Below, piece by piece: positions 43,202 to 52,710 of a stretch of 64,000 nt of DNA. A program made the translations under genes and the position numbers. Origin of the DNA: a virus (lineage: Duplodnaviria > Caudoviricetes). Positions within the stretch are counted from its first letter, which is position 1. Every line of letters begins with the position of its first letter. The stretch lies in IMG/VR virus record IMGVR_UViG_3300027924_001186, positions 1 to 64,000 of that record. One strand, written 5' to 3'. Under the pieces are notes generated by a model that was not told the DNA's origin, did not search any database, and saw only the letters and a program-made list of their open reading frames with translations.

Positions 43202-43282
43202 GTAACATCTTCGTGGAAATATTTTTCCTGAGCGGCTTGACTTTTGGCTCCTGGTCTGCTATACTATGCACATCAAGTAGGA
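43202..43282 (+). promoter_or_regulatory. Extended early promoter motif copy 4
   Basis: TTGACT 43237, TATACT 43260, CACATCAAGTAG. Confidence 0.78.
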
Positions 43283-43305
43283 AAACACACCGGAGCCCGA
43301 ACACA

Positions 43306-43635
43306 ATGAACGTAGCCGAAATCCGCAACACCCTGAAGAACGCCGCCGCCGCGCAGGTACAGCAGTACCCACAGTACCGCGGTCACTTCGAGGATTATGT
43401 GCTGGTGCGGGCTCGCAAGAATGTGAAATCGAAGATGGGGCTGTCGTTCGTGAAAGACGAGGTAGCGATTGCCCGCCCCGTTGTTTATGAAGACCAGCGC
43501 ACTCTCCCGAGTGGTCGTGTAAAGACTTACTTCACCATCGTAGTGTGGTCCTTGACCAATCGCTGCGATACTCATGTTATCCTGGATGAGATCCAGATTC
43601 TCGAAGACGTCAAACTGTCCCGCGATACGCTCTAA
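43306..43635 (+). CDS. Hypothetical early protein
   Basis: CGGAG RBS after the early promoter. Confidence 0.6.
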   Translation: MNVAEIRNTLKNAAAAQVQQYPQYRGHFEDYVLVRARKNVKSKMGLSFVKDEVAIARPVVYEDQRTLPSGRVKTYFTIVVWSLTNRCDTHVILDEIQILEDVKLSRDTL

Positions 43636-43647
43636 TTGGAGATAGCG

Positions 43648-43965
43648 ATGATTACTTTGAAGCGCGCCTTTGCCGAATACCTTGAAACCCAAGTAACCGA
43701 CTCGGTCTTCGAAGAGGACCTTAGCACCAACCAGTATTTTTGCTGGTCTATCCCGCACCAGCAAAAATTCACGGTACAAAACTGGCTCGGAGAGTATATG
43801 GGAACTGGGGTGATCCAAACGAAACGCTATGTCTGGTTGGGCAACAAGGGTGCGGTTTATGTGACTAAAACCAATAAGTTCGAGAAGAAGCACGCCAGTG
43901 ATACTAGCGTGCATCATGACATGAAGAAATGGGTTTGGAAGAAGTATTTTAACATCGACCTATGA
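43648..43965 (+). CDS. Hypothetical early protein
   Basis: GGAG RBS. Confidence 0.55.
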   Translation: MITLKRAFAEYLETQVTDSVFEEDLSTNQYFCWSIPHQQKFTVQNWLGEYMGTGVIQTKRYVWLGNKGAVYVTKTNKFEKKHASDTSVHHDMKKWVWKKYFNIDL

Positions 43966-44125
43966 GGCTTCGCAACTTGCCCGAGATAATGGCATTAAGC
44001 ATAACCTGATTATCGATAATGGAGCTACCGAGTTTAATGGTGCTCCGACCGCTACTGCTCTCGCTATCGGTCCCGACGAAAGCGAGGTACTTGATCCGCT
44101 TTTTAGCAGCTTAAAGCTCTATTAG
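43961..44125 (+). pseudogene. C-terminal remnant of a PTH2-type peptidyl-tRNA hydrolase
   Basis: LIIDNGATEFNGAPTATALAIGPDESEVLDPLFSSLKLY; no in-frame start (stop at 43922). Confidence 0.65.
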
Positions 44126-44658
44126 GTTTCGAATAAGGACCTCTGATTTTTCCTTGGTGAGATTCGCTTATTTTTCTTTTATGATCTTCGGAATGAGGTA
44201 TCCCTTTTCTCTTACCTTTAAGAGCCAAACTTATTTTTAATTTAGTCGAGTCGGATACAGATTTTCCAAGCATTCCACCCTTTGGGCGTTTACCTTTTTT
44301 TGCGTCGCTCATTTTTTTCTTTGTAGCGATTGATAAGATTCTACCGAATTGGGGTGGTATCGATTTTCCGGTTCCTAAATTCAACCACTTTTCATCTTGA
44401 ATGACTTTTAATCTTCTTAAAACCTTATGCTCCCATTCTCGTGCTTGTAGCGAGTCATTGAAGGTCTGTCGTACTTCGATTACATCGGGGTCTCCATGCT
44501 GCTCTCGAAATACCTTAACCTGCTTGGACGAAGTGAAATAAGAAGTCCAGAGATCATCTGGACGACAGTTTCGAGCATAACGAACACCGTAGTACCATCT
44601 ATCGTGCTGCTTCCAACCGAATAAGATAGGTGAAAGGGGTATAAATACTTTTAGGCAT
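44103..44658 (-). CDS. GIY-YIG-like homing endonuclease with NUMOD3; +1 insertion at 44618
   Basis: MPKSIYTPFTYLI-G-WKQHDRWYYGVRY; 184 aa. Confidence 0.78.
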
Positions 44659-44731
44659 AATAGCCTCCCAGAAGGTTATTGTGATTAGGGTAGGATATGA
44701 TTCCACGCATTTCCTACCTGTTTTATTTATG
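44640..44731. promoter_or_regulatory. Endonuclease leader cassette copy 7
   Basis: TATAAATA (+) 44640; GGTAGGA/TCCTACC stem; CATAAATA (-) 44724-44731. Confidence 0.7.
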
Positions 44732-44764
44732 TGGATAACTTTACTCTATCAAGAGGTGAATATT

Positions 44765-46369
44765 ATGGCCAACAAGAACGTTTTTCGCAACTCTCGCTAT
44801 GTCGCTCCTACTCCTACTGATACTATTAACAACGCGGGTGGTGCTGCTTATTCTCTGAATGATAAGGAAGCTCTCGCACAAATGGTGATGACAGGGGTTT
44901 TTAATAACTCTTTTTATGTGTCGGCGCAGAATCAGATCGATAATGTCAAGGCTCTTCTCGACAAGCTCGGTCCCGAAGAGGCGACTTTCATCGCCAAGCT
45001 CGCTATCCATGCGCGCCAGAATGGATTTATGAAGGATACTCCGGCGTATCTGGTAGCTTGGTTGTCCAAGTACGGTCCTAAGGAGTTCAAGACCGCTTTC
45101 GGGCACGTCGTCGATAACGGTAAGATGCTTCGCAACTTCGTGCAGATCATGCGCTCTGGTGCTATCGGTCGCAAGTCTCTGGGCACCGCACCGAAGACTA
45201 TGGTGAAGAACTGGATCACCGGTGCATCGATCAATCAGTTGATTCGCGCAAGCGTAGGCAATACGCCATCTCTGGCGGACATCATCAAGATGGTACATCC
45301 GACTCCGGCTAATCTGACGCAGAATGCGCTCTTCCAGTGGATTTTGAACGGTAAGGTTCAGGCAGATGCCTATGAGTATCTACCGAAGACGGTTAAGGAT
45401 CTTCTGGCGTTCCGTTCGGGCGATAGCGAGGAAATGCCTAATGTGCCGTTCGAGCTTTTGACTTCTGGTGAACTCTCTACGGAGAACTGGAAGGACATCG
45501 CGCGTAATGCGGGCTGGCATATGACTCGAATGAATCTTAACACCTTCGAGCGCAAGGGTCTCTTTAACGATCCGGAAATGGTGTGGACCATTGCCAACAA
45601 GCTTCAGGATACGAACGAAATCATGAAGGCTAAGGTGTTCCCATACCAGATCTTCACTACCTGGATGAATGCTACTGGTGCGCCGTTGCCGATCCGCTTT
45701 GCCTTGGAAAAGGCACTCGAATTTTCTCTCCAGACGGTTCCGGTGTTCGATGGAAAGACCTTCGTCTTCGTGGATGTGAGTGGCTCCATGAACAGCCCGA
45801 TCACCGGTCATCGTGTTGGTTCAACCTCAAGTATGCGTTGCGTGGATGTGGCGGCTTTGATTGCGTCTTCACTGCTACGAGCCAATGCAGGGAATGTGGA
45901 AGTGGTTATGTTCGACACTCGTCTGCATACGGCTAAGTTGCGTCCGATGGCGTCGGTTATGGATAACGCACAGACTATCGCGAAGTTCGGTGGCGGTGGA
46001 ACTTCTTGTCAGTTGCCGATGCAGGATCTGGTTAACCGCAAGAAGAAGGGTGATCTGATCATCTACATCAGCGATAACGAGAGCTGGTTCTCGACGAAGG
46101 CTCTGACTTGGAGCGGAAGTGGTCGTGGTCGTGGTCGTGGTACTGAGACTGCGGACGCTTGGGCCGAATTCAAGGCGTATAATCCGAAGGCTAAGATGGT
46201 TTGCATCGATCTCCAGCCCGGTATGACCACTCAGGTCCAGTCCGATCCACGAGTGTTAAATGTGGGCGGGTTTAGCGATGCGGTTTACGATGTGATCGCC
46301 AACTTCGCTTCTCGATCTGCAGATAAGGATTTCTGGGTAAGGGAGATAGAAGGAGCGGTAACTTTCTAA
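44765..46369 (+). CDS. TROVE-domain RNA-binding protein (Ro60 ortholog) with vWA domain
   Basis: NNAGGAAY, LAQMVMTG, GAIGRKSLG, HMTRMNLNTF, PYQ, VFVDVSGSM MIDAS, GGGT, SDNESW, GGFSD. Confidence 0.88.
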   Translation: MANKNVFRNSRYVAPTPTDTINNAGGAAYSLNDKEALAQMVMTGVFNNSFYVSAQNQIDNVKALLDKLGPEEATFIAKLAIHARQNGFMKDTPAYLVAWLSKYGPKEFKTAFGHVVDNGKMLRNFVQIMRSGAIGRKSLGTAPKTMVKNWITGASINQLIRASVGNTPSLADIIKMVHPTPANLTQNALFQWILNGKVQADAYEYLPKTVKDLLAFRSGDSEEMPNVPFELLTSGELSTENWKDIARNAGWHMTRMNLNTFERKGLFNDPEMVWTIANKLQDTNEIMKAKVFPYQIFTTWMNATGAPLPIRFALEKALEFSLQTVPVFDGKTFVFVDVSGSMNSPITGHRVGSTSSMRCVDVAALIASSLLRANAGNVEVVMFDTRLHTAKLRPMASVMDNAQTIAKFGGGGTSCQLPMQDLVNRKKKGDLIIYISDNESWFSTKALTWSGSGRGRGRGTETADAWAEFKAYNPKAKMVCIDLQPGMTTQVQSDPRVLNVGGFSDAVYDVIANFASRSADKDFWVREIEGAVTF

Positions 46370-46959
46370 TACAACCTGGGGATCTTTTTATAAGGTCCCC
46401 TAATTTTACCGTTTCATTGTATTACTTATTTTCTTCTTTTGCTCTTCGGACATAGGCTTGCCGTTTCTTGGGAGATGGTTTTCCGCTTTAGAGGAGAAGG
46501 ATCCCATTTAAAGCCTCTGATTTTTAAAGATTTGCTAATTTTATTTTTAGTTTCTTCGGAATGAGAAATGCCGTTTCTTGGGAGATGGTTTTCCGTTTTC
46601 TCGTATCACTCATTCTTTTCTTTACTTCATCTGAGAATTTGTGTCCTAAATTATAAAACTTGCCTTTCGGATCTTTCTTATTCAACCATCTTTCGTTTTT
46701 AACTGCATCTATTCTTCTGATAACCTTCGATTCCCATTCACGGGCTTGAAGTGAATCGTTGAAGGTCTGTCGTACTTCGATTACATCCGGTTCTCCATAG
46801 AGCCATCTTTGAACATCTACATAAACAGATGAAGTGAAATAAGAAGTCCATAAATCATCGGGATGGCAGTTTCTTGCGTATCGAGCACCATAATACCAAA
46901 TGTCAAGCCAAGACCAACCGAATAAGATAAGTGAAAGGGGTATAAATACTTTTAGGCAT
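46366..46959 (-). CDS. GIY-YIG-like homing endonuclease; six +1 insertions
   Basis: Extras at 46920, 46595, 46573, 46485, 46463, 46411; corrected 195 aa with a KGKPSPKKG repeat. Confidence 0.78.
46377..46407 (+). terminator. Probable intrinsic terminator after the TROVE gene
   Basis: GGGGATCTT-TTTAT-AAGGTCCCC then TAATTTT. Confidence 0.55.
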
Positions 46960-47033
46960 AATAGCCTCCTAGAAAGGTTATTGTGATTAGAGTGTGGAGT
47001 CGTCGGCTATTCGACTCCACACTCGTTATTTAT
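46941..47033. promoter_or_regulatory. Endonuclease leader cassette copy 8
   Basis: TATAAATA (+) 46941; GAGTGTGGAGTCG/CGACTCCACACTC stem. Confidence 0.72.
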
Positions 47034-47076
47034 TTTATATTCGAATAAATAACGAGTAAGGATCACACTAAACTAC

Positions 47077-47114
47077 AAAGGGTGCATGGTCCTAAGACTA
47101 TGCACCCTTTTTTT
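47077..47114 (+). terminator. Strong intrinsic terminator
   Basis: AAAGGGTGCATGGTC-CTAA-GACTATGCACCCTTT followed by a T run. Confidence 0.75.
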
Positions 47115-47129
47115 ATTCGGAGAAAGAAT

Positions 47130-48297
47130 ATGCTAACATTCAGAACATGGCTACAAGAAGCTAATTTATCACTACCTCAATTTATGAAAAGAGTTAGTTC
47201 TAATCTAAATGCGTTCTACAATAAGATTAAAAATGGAGAGATGTTTGAAACTGAAGAGGGAACACCTATTAAACTATCGGGGTTGGCTATCAAAGAGAAG
47301 GGTTCTAAACCTATAGTTTATCTAGCAAAGAGGTTTAATCAAGAAAGCTGGGTAGAAACTATCAGCAACTTCATAGAAGATCCGGATTTTCAAGCAATCA
47401 ATAATCTGTTCGTCGTATTGGATGATGGTAGCATCACTCCGACCCTGAAAACTATCGGTATCCTGTCTAAGACCACCGACTTTGGTTCTAAGGGGTCTTC
47501 GATGAAAAAGATAGAGATACCGGCTTCGACTTGGGGTGCTTTGAATAATTTGGAAGGATTAAATATATTAAAGCCGCGGAAAAGAGATAGAAATCGAATG
47601 GCTGAATAAATTCAACAAAGAGTTTTCCAGGATTCTGATGGATAACAACCTAAAATCTTGCGATTTAGAAGTTGGTACCACTGTATTGAAGAATGTGGTA
47701 GGATCTATGGGCGCCCCGGGATCGGAAAGAGACCCGAAGGCGGATGTTGTCTTCGTGGATGATAAGAAGAGCCTTGTTGGGTTTACGTCATTAAAAGAAG
47801 GCACCAATGTTAAGAATTTCCAACAATGGGGTGGGTTATCTAAAATCAAAGATCCTGAAATAGATGTTTTCGTAGCCAAGTTAAAATCTTATCTCGATTC
47901 TAAAGGATTGAAAGGTGTGCCTCAAGGTGAAACGATCTGGTCTGAGATAAAAAGCAACGATTTAAAAAATAAGTTAGCATGGGGTCTCCAATACGGGTTC
48001 TCCAATTTTGGTATAGAAAACGTAGAGTTTATAATGCAAGGATCTCCTAGAGTATCCGAAGTTAAAACCGGAAATAAAATCTACGCTAAACTCGAGGTCT
48101 CTCATCTTATCACTCGACACGGCAATGAGATAGAATCGACCCAGAGTCCGTATCGACCAATCTTCTGTGCTTTATTCAGAAATGATAGGAGCGATTTCGG
48201 TGTAAATAAAACTAGGATCTTTGCCTATTCTTACGGTGGAAGAAATCTTCATACGGATTTGACCAGATACAATTTACCAAATAAAAAGGCAAAATAA
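47130..48297 (+). CDS. PD-(D/E)xK restriction-endonuclease-like protein with capsid-targeting-like N-terminus; +1 insertion at 47577
   Basis: Two track ORFs fuse at CCG-C-GGA (388 aa); PKADVVF...FTSLKEG...FQQWGG; begins MLTFRTWLQE. Confidence 0.65.
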
Positions 48298-48299
48298 CC

Positions 48300-49412
48300 A
48301 TGTACTTATCATTCAAAAAATGGTATAACCTACACGAGGGCGGCAATGTCGTAATCGGCGATGTTCCTGCAGAACGAATCGACCTAAAGACAATCGATAG
48401 AAAGAAAGTGGTGTCCGAGATCGGTAAGGCTTTAAAATCTATCTCCGATAGATATGCCAGTTTTCATGGGATGCCTCTTTGGGGAGACGATTTGTTCAAA
48501 GATAGGGGGTTCCTAAGCGGTTCTTCGCTGCATCTATTCAACACCGCCATTCCGGACGAAACCTTTGTAAAGCACAAGCCTACCGTCGGTGATATCGATA
48601 CTCAAGTCGACGGTAACCAGAAAAAACAGATAGAAGACTTCTTAAAGAAGTTGCCCGCCGGTGAGAAAGTCGGCAACACCCTCTATGTCGGTTACAAGCC
48701 ATCTGGTGATCAGTTCATCACTCTTTGGACTATACCCTCTTTGGGGATTTCTGTTCAGGTTGATTTGGAGTTAGTGGATTTCAAAGATGGTAAACCGACC
48801 CCGTGGGCATCATTTAGCCACGGCTCACCTTGGGAAGACTTATCGTTGGGGATCAAGGGAGTTTTCCAGAAGTACCTGCTGAGATCTTTCCAAGCCCGAA
48901 CTGCTAAAGATGTCTTGATCAGAGCCAAGACTCCGAGAGGTAAGGATAAGGTAATCAGAAAATCGGATTTGGCGTTCTCCTTAAAAGGACTTAGAGTGAG
49001 AATGACTCCGGTTCTCGATGTTCAGGGCAATCAGGTATTCAAGAATGGTATGCCGGTGTACGATGAAGTAGACTCCGCCACGGCAGATTACATAACCGAT
49101 TTAGATGTTCTATTCACATCATTCTTCGGGGTGAAAGGTAGCAAGGCGGAAGTCGAACAGATGGGGTCTTTTGTCGGTTTAGTGGGGTTGATGAAGAAGC
49201 ATATGAGCCCATCCGATCAGAAGAAGGTCCTCGATGGATTCGCGAATGTACTTTGGGAAAAAGGCGCTCAAGGTTTAGTTAGGGGAGACCCCAGAGCCGA
49301 CTATGATACCAAGATAAGAGCTTTCGATTACATTATCAAAGGACTGGGTATCGGTTCGATCGACGATTACGATTCGGTAATAAATAGTTATTATCAGGGG
49401 TACAAAGCATGA
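48300..49412 (+). CDS. Pol-beta superfamily nucleotidyltransferase-like protein
   Basis: LSGSS...VGDIDTQVD and third acid VQVDL; begins MYLSFKKWYNLHE. Confidence 0.65.
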   Translation: MYLSFKKWYNLHEGGNVVIGDVPAERIDLKTIDRKKVVSEIGKALKSISDRYASFHGMPLWGDDLFKDRGFLSGSSLHLFNTAIPDETFVKHKPTVGDIDTQVDGNQKKQIEDFLKKLPAGEKVGNTLYVGYKPSGDQFITLWTIPSLGISVQVDLELVDFKDGKPTPWASFSHGSPWEDLSLGIKGVFQKYLLRSFQARTAKDVLIRAKTPRGKDKVIRKSDLAFSLKGLRVRMTPVLDVQGNQVFKNGMPVYDEVDSATADYITDLDVLFTSFFGVKGSKAEVEQMGSFVGLVGLMKKHMSPSDQKKVLDGFANVLWEKGAQGLVRGDPRADYDTKIRAFDYIIKGLGIGSIDDYDSVINSYYQGYKA

Positions 49413-50122
49413 TCAGTTTGTATGTTAAAACTCACAAACAAACCGGATTAAAGTATTTTGGAAAAACTGTTCAAGATCCGTTCTCATATCTCGGAAGTGG
49501 GATTAGATGGACCCGTCATTTGGCAAAATATGGTAATGATGTATCTACTGAAATTATCGGGCAGTTTGAAAATATAGATGAATGCTCAAAAGTTGCTTTA
49601 CAATTTAGTGCAGAAAATGATATAGTTAAAAGTAAAGAATGGGCAAATCTTATTCCTGAAAATGGTATGATAGGTGGAGCAATTCATAATTCGCCTCATT
49701 CAGATGAAACAAAACTTAAAATAAGTGAAGCCAATAAAGGTAGGTTAGTGGGTGAAAAAAATCCAAGATTTGGAATTCGTCTTCTTGCAGAAGAAAACGG
49801 ATTCTTTGGTAAAACACATTCAGATGAAACAAAACTTAAAATAAGTGAAGCCAATAAAGGTAGGTTAGTGGGTGAAAAAAATCCTGCCAAAAGACCTGAA
49901 GTTAGAGAAAAACTTTCTGCCAACAATGTTATGAAATTACCAGAACAAAGAGAACGAGCATCATTAAAAATTAGCGGAGATGGTAATCCTGCCAAAAGAC
50001 CTGAAGTTAGAGAAAAACTTAGAAAACCAAAGAGAAAAGAAATTTGTCAGTTTTGTCAAAAGGAAATAGGGTCTCATAACATTAAAAGGCATATAGAGGC
50101 TAAGCACAATGAAATCGTTTAG
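49409..50122 (+). CDS. GIY-YIG (Seg-like) homing endonuclease, intact
   Basis: LYVKTHKQTGLKYFGKT...YLGSG; NUMOD3 repeats. Confidence 0.82.
   Translation: MISLYVKTHKQTGLKYFGKTVQDPFSYLGSGIRWTRHLAKYGNDVSTEIIGQFENIDECSKVALQFSAENDIVKSKEWANLIPENGMIGGAIHNSPHSDETKLKISEANKGRLVGEKNPRFGIRLLAEENGFFGKTHSDETKLKISEANKGRLVGEKNPAKRPEVREKLSANNVMKLPEQRERASLKISGDGNPAKRPEVREKLRKPKRKEICQFCQKEIGSHNIKRHIEAKHNEIV
49697..49884 (+). repeat. 68-bp exact direct repeat (49697-49764, 49817-49884) encoding HSDETKLKISEANKGRLVGEKNP
   Basis: Identical copies 120 bp apart. Confidence 0.85.
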
Positions 50123-51017
50123 ACAGTTCATAGATGAGCAAGTCTCATCAACCAGAAGAGTTGGTATCCAACATTTACAACAAATGGATCCAATTAAATT
50201 TGTTGAGTGGCTTCGCGATGTAAAAAATGAAACTAAAGGCATTTTGAAAGATATAAAATGTGTCGCCAAGATCGATGGATTAGGTGCTCGATTCGGTAAG
50301 GACTCTAACGGAAGACCCTTCTTCGAGGGGAGCAGAACCGGTCCGATATTCGATAGTGGTGCCTTTAGTGCTCATGCCAGATCCAAAACCGATGATGTCG
50401 AGATGATAACCAGAGCAACTCACTATGATGATATGCTCGAGATTTTTAAGACCGCGGATTTTATGAGTGCTCTTCCGAACAACACCAAGGTAGTATGCGA
50501 AATCTTCTATAATCCGATGGCGGAAGAAACCGAAAAGGGAATCAAGTTCGTCACGGTGAACTACGATAAGAATAAGTTGGGTTCGTTGATGACAATCATG
50601 CCTTATACCGTGTTGGATGCTTCTACGGGTCACGATTCGCCGGATAAGACAAGCATTCTAAAAGAACTCTATAAAAAGAGTTCGACCAAGATAAAGATTA
50701 TCAACCCCAATCTCAAATTCAATGAGATCGATATCAAGATTTATGCCGATGCGGCGAGCGTTTATAGCGATGAATCGTTGGCTATACTAAAGAGTCGTAA
50801 GGCGGTAGACAAGGCGGACAAGCAAAATCTGCTCAATGCTCTTCAAAAAATCAAAGATGAATTAGCCGATTACCTGCTGGCGCACCCCGGTATCGAGGGA
50901 AAATTCAAACTCGGTCCGGAGATAGAAGGTGTGGTGCTGCATCTACCCGATAGAGCATCGGGAACGGCGCCTTATAAAATCACCACACCTGATTTCAAAT
51001 CGGCTCACGCAAAGTAA
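50109..51017 (+). CDS. RNA-ligase-like covalent nucleotidyltransferase (adenylation domain)
   Basis: AKIDG motif I, VCEIFY III, IEGVVL IV, YKIT V; begins MKSFRQFIDE. Confidence 0.65.
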   Translation: MKSFRQFIDEQVSSTRRVGIQHLQQMDPIKFVEWLRDVKNETKGILKDIKCVAKIDGLGARFGKDSNGRPFFEGSRTGPIFDSGAFSAHARSKTDDVEMITRATHYDDMLEIFKTADFMSALPNNTKVVCEIFYNPMAEETEKGIKFVTVNYDKNKLGSLMTIMPYTVLDASTGHDSPDKTSILKELYKKSSTKIKIINPNLKFNEIDIKIYADAASVYSDESLAILKSRKAVDKADKQNLLNALQKIKDELADYLLAHPGIEGKFKLGPEIEGVVLHLPDRASGTAPYKITTPDFKSAHAK

Positions 51018-51029
51018 AAGGATAAAAAT

Positions 51030-52067
51030 ATGTTTGGATTTGGATACACATTATTAGAAACCCCAGATAAAATTCAAAAGTACATCACCGGCAATCGAAG
51101 ATTACAGCAGACAAAATTCTATGTGGGTAAAACTCCCGCCGTGACAATGGCTAAGTCGGGCAATAACTTCGTGGCAAACGGATTTCTTCCCAAGCATACT
51201 CAACTTAGAGTGCCTCGAGCCACGATGGCATCTTCGGGCAGAATGCGTCTGATAGAAGTTAAAGCCGCCGGTCGTTCTTGCTGGATGCCGATGAATAAAA
51301 TCGGTGTCAAATCATTCAACATCACGTTCAGAAAAACGAACGACACCTTCATCGATTCACTGAATGCCGATATAGAGCATTTTACTAGAAACGGAGTTCA
51401 GCCTAAACTCTATATCAACGAAATCGCTCCGGCGAATTTAATCTACGATATCACCTTAAAAGGGAACAAAGCGAAGAATAAGAACTCCACGTGCCAATAC
51501 TACATCGAAGGATTTTCTGGTGGTGTCGCGGCATTCCCTTCGAGTTTCTATATACGAGTGATCGAAACCGCAGTAGATGTACCGATGAATGATAGGATGT
51601 CTGCAGAAATAGTTAAATACTTAACTCACTTCACCGATTCCGATAAAAACCTTCTTTCCAACGTCGCTTATATCTTCCCCAACGGAGCCGATTATGGCGT
51701 ACCTCTTTACGGTAAAGGATACTCCGGTAGAACCGGATACGGTAATCCGGATTGCGCCGATGTGGTTTTTTATGGGGCACCTTCGGTGGATACCGATGAA
51801 CTGACCGGGTCTATCATACTCAAACCGAGCGAGCCATCCACTGCAACGAATGTCACATTCGTGGTCAGACGCGGAACGCAGCCACCGGCTAACTCTTTCT
51901 GCTATCTTGCATCTATAAAGCAGGGAAGCAATATCACTCGTCCGAAGAAAATTAAGAATGCGAAATTGCAGATGACTTTCACCAAGCATGTTGAGAACAA
52001 TCCTAATGTGATTAAAAAGGGAGCGACAGTCGGCCCGATCCCACCCGGCGCCGCAGGAGGAGTATAA
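51030..52067 (+). CDS. Hypothetical protein
   Basis: AAGGA RBS; 345-aa ORF; begins MFGFGYTLLE. Confidence 0.65.
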   Translation: MFGFGYTLLETPDKIQKYITGNRRLQQTKFYVGKTPAVTMAKSGNNFVANGFLPKHTQLRVPRATMASSGRMRLIEVKAAGRSCWMPMNKIGVKSFNITFRKTNDTFIDSLNADIEHFTRNGVQPKLYINEIAPANLIYDITLKGNKAKNKNSTCQYYIEGFSGGVAAFPSSFYIRVIETAVDVPMNDRMSAEIVKYLTHFTDSDKNLLSNVAYIFPNGADYGVPLYGKGYSGRTGYGNPDCADVVFYGAPSVDTDELTGSIILKPSEPSTATNVTFVVRRGTQPPANSFCYLASIKQGSNITRPKKIKNAKLQMTFTKHVENNPNVIKKGATVGPIPPGAAGGV

Positions 52068-52070
52068 TAT

Positions 52071-52709
52071 ATGAAACAGGTAGAGTTATTCTTAGGGAGA
52101 CTACAACCACCGCACAATGGACATAAGAAGATTATCGATGGTATGAAGAATCCTATCGTCGTAATCGTTAAAGGCGCAAAGAGCGGTGCAGATGTTGCTC
52201 GCAATCCCTTGGATGAAGCCTATCAAAAGAAACTGATGGAGATGATTTTCCCTGGGTTAGAGATCTCCATCAGTCCGAACGGGTTCCTTCCGGGGATACT
52301 GGGTTATTTCAGAAAGCAGGGTAAAGAAGTTACCAAGATCTATGCCGGGGCGGATCGTATCGCAGGCTACCAGAGCGCGATCGATAAAGCCAATGAGAAG
52401 ATGCCCGAGGATCAGAGATACCAGGTATCATTCCAAGAAACAGAAAGAGTGACCAGCGCAACAGCAGTTAGAAACTCTATCAAGAGCGGCGATAAGGACA
52501 CCTTCAAGAAGTTGGTTCCCGCCGCTATCTGGGGAGAGTGGGATACTCTTAGAAAGAAGATGGGTGTAGTATCGGAGGGAATTTTGAATTTCGGTCAATG
52601 GATGGAAGAAGGTGAATCGGTTACGACTACCGATGCGATTAAAGCCGCCCAGAAGGATCGTCCTCTGGGTCCTATTGTGAGAAGAAAGATGAAGAAGAGA
52701 GGTGCTTAA
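52071..52709 (+). CDS. HxGH cytidylyltransferase-like nucleotidyltransferase
   Basis: FLGRLQPPHNGH, RNPL, AGADR, TSATAVR. Confidence 0.75.
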   Translation: MKQVELFLGRLQPPHNGHKKIIDGMKNPIVVIVKGAKSGADVARNPLDEAYQKKLMEMIFPGLEISISPNGFLPGILGYFRKQGKEVTKIYAGADRIAGYQSAIDKANEKMPEDQRYQVSFQETERVTSATAVRNSIKSGDKDTFKKLVPAAIWGEWDTLRKKMGVVSEGILNFGQWMEEGESVTTTDAIKAAQKDRPLGPIVRRKMKKRGA

Positions 52710-52710
52710 T

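Noticed and set aside
43273-43917. Long antisense ORFs in the track (also 8535-9131, 7863-8393, 44741-45298, 53974-54381 and similar)
   Set aside because: They lie opposite well-supported genes, lack RBS and motifs, and are explained by codon bias.
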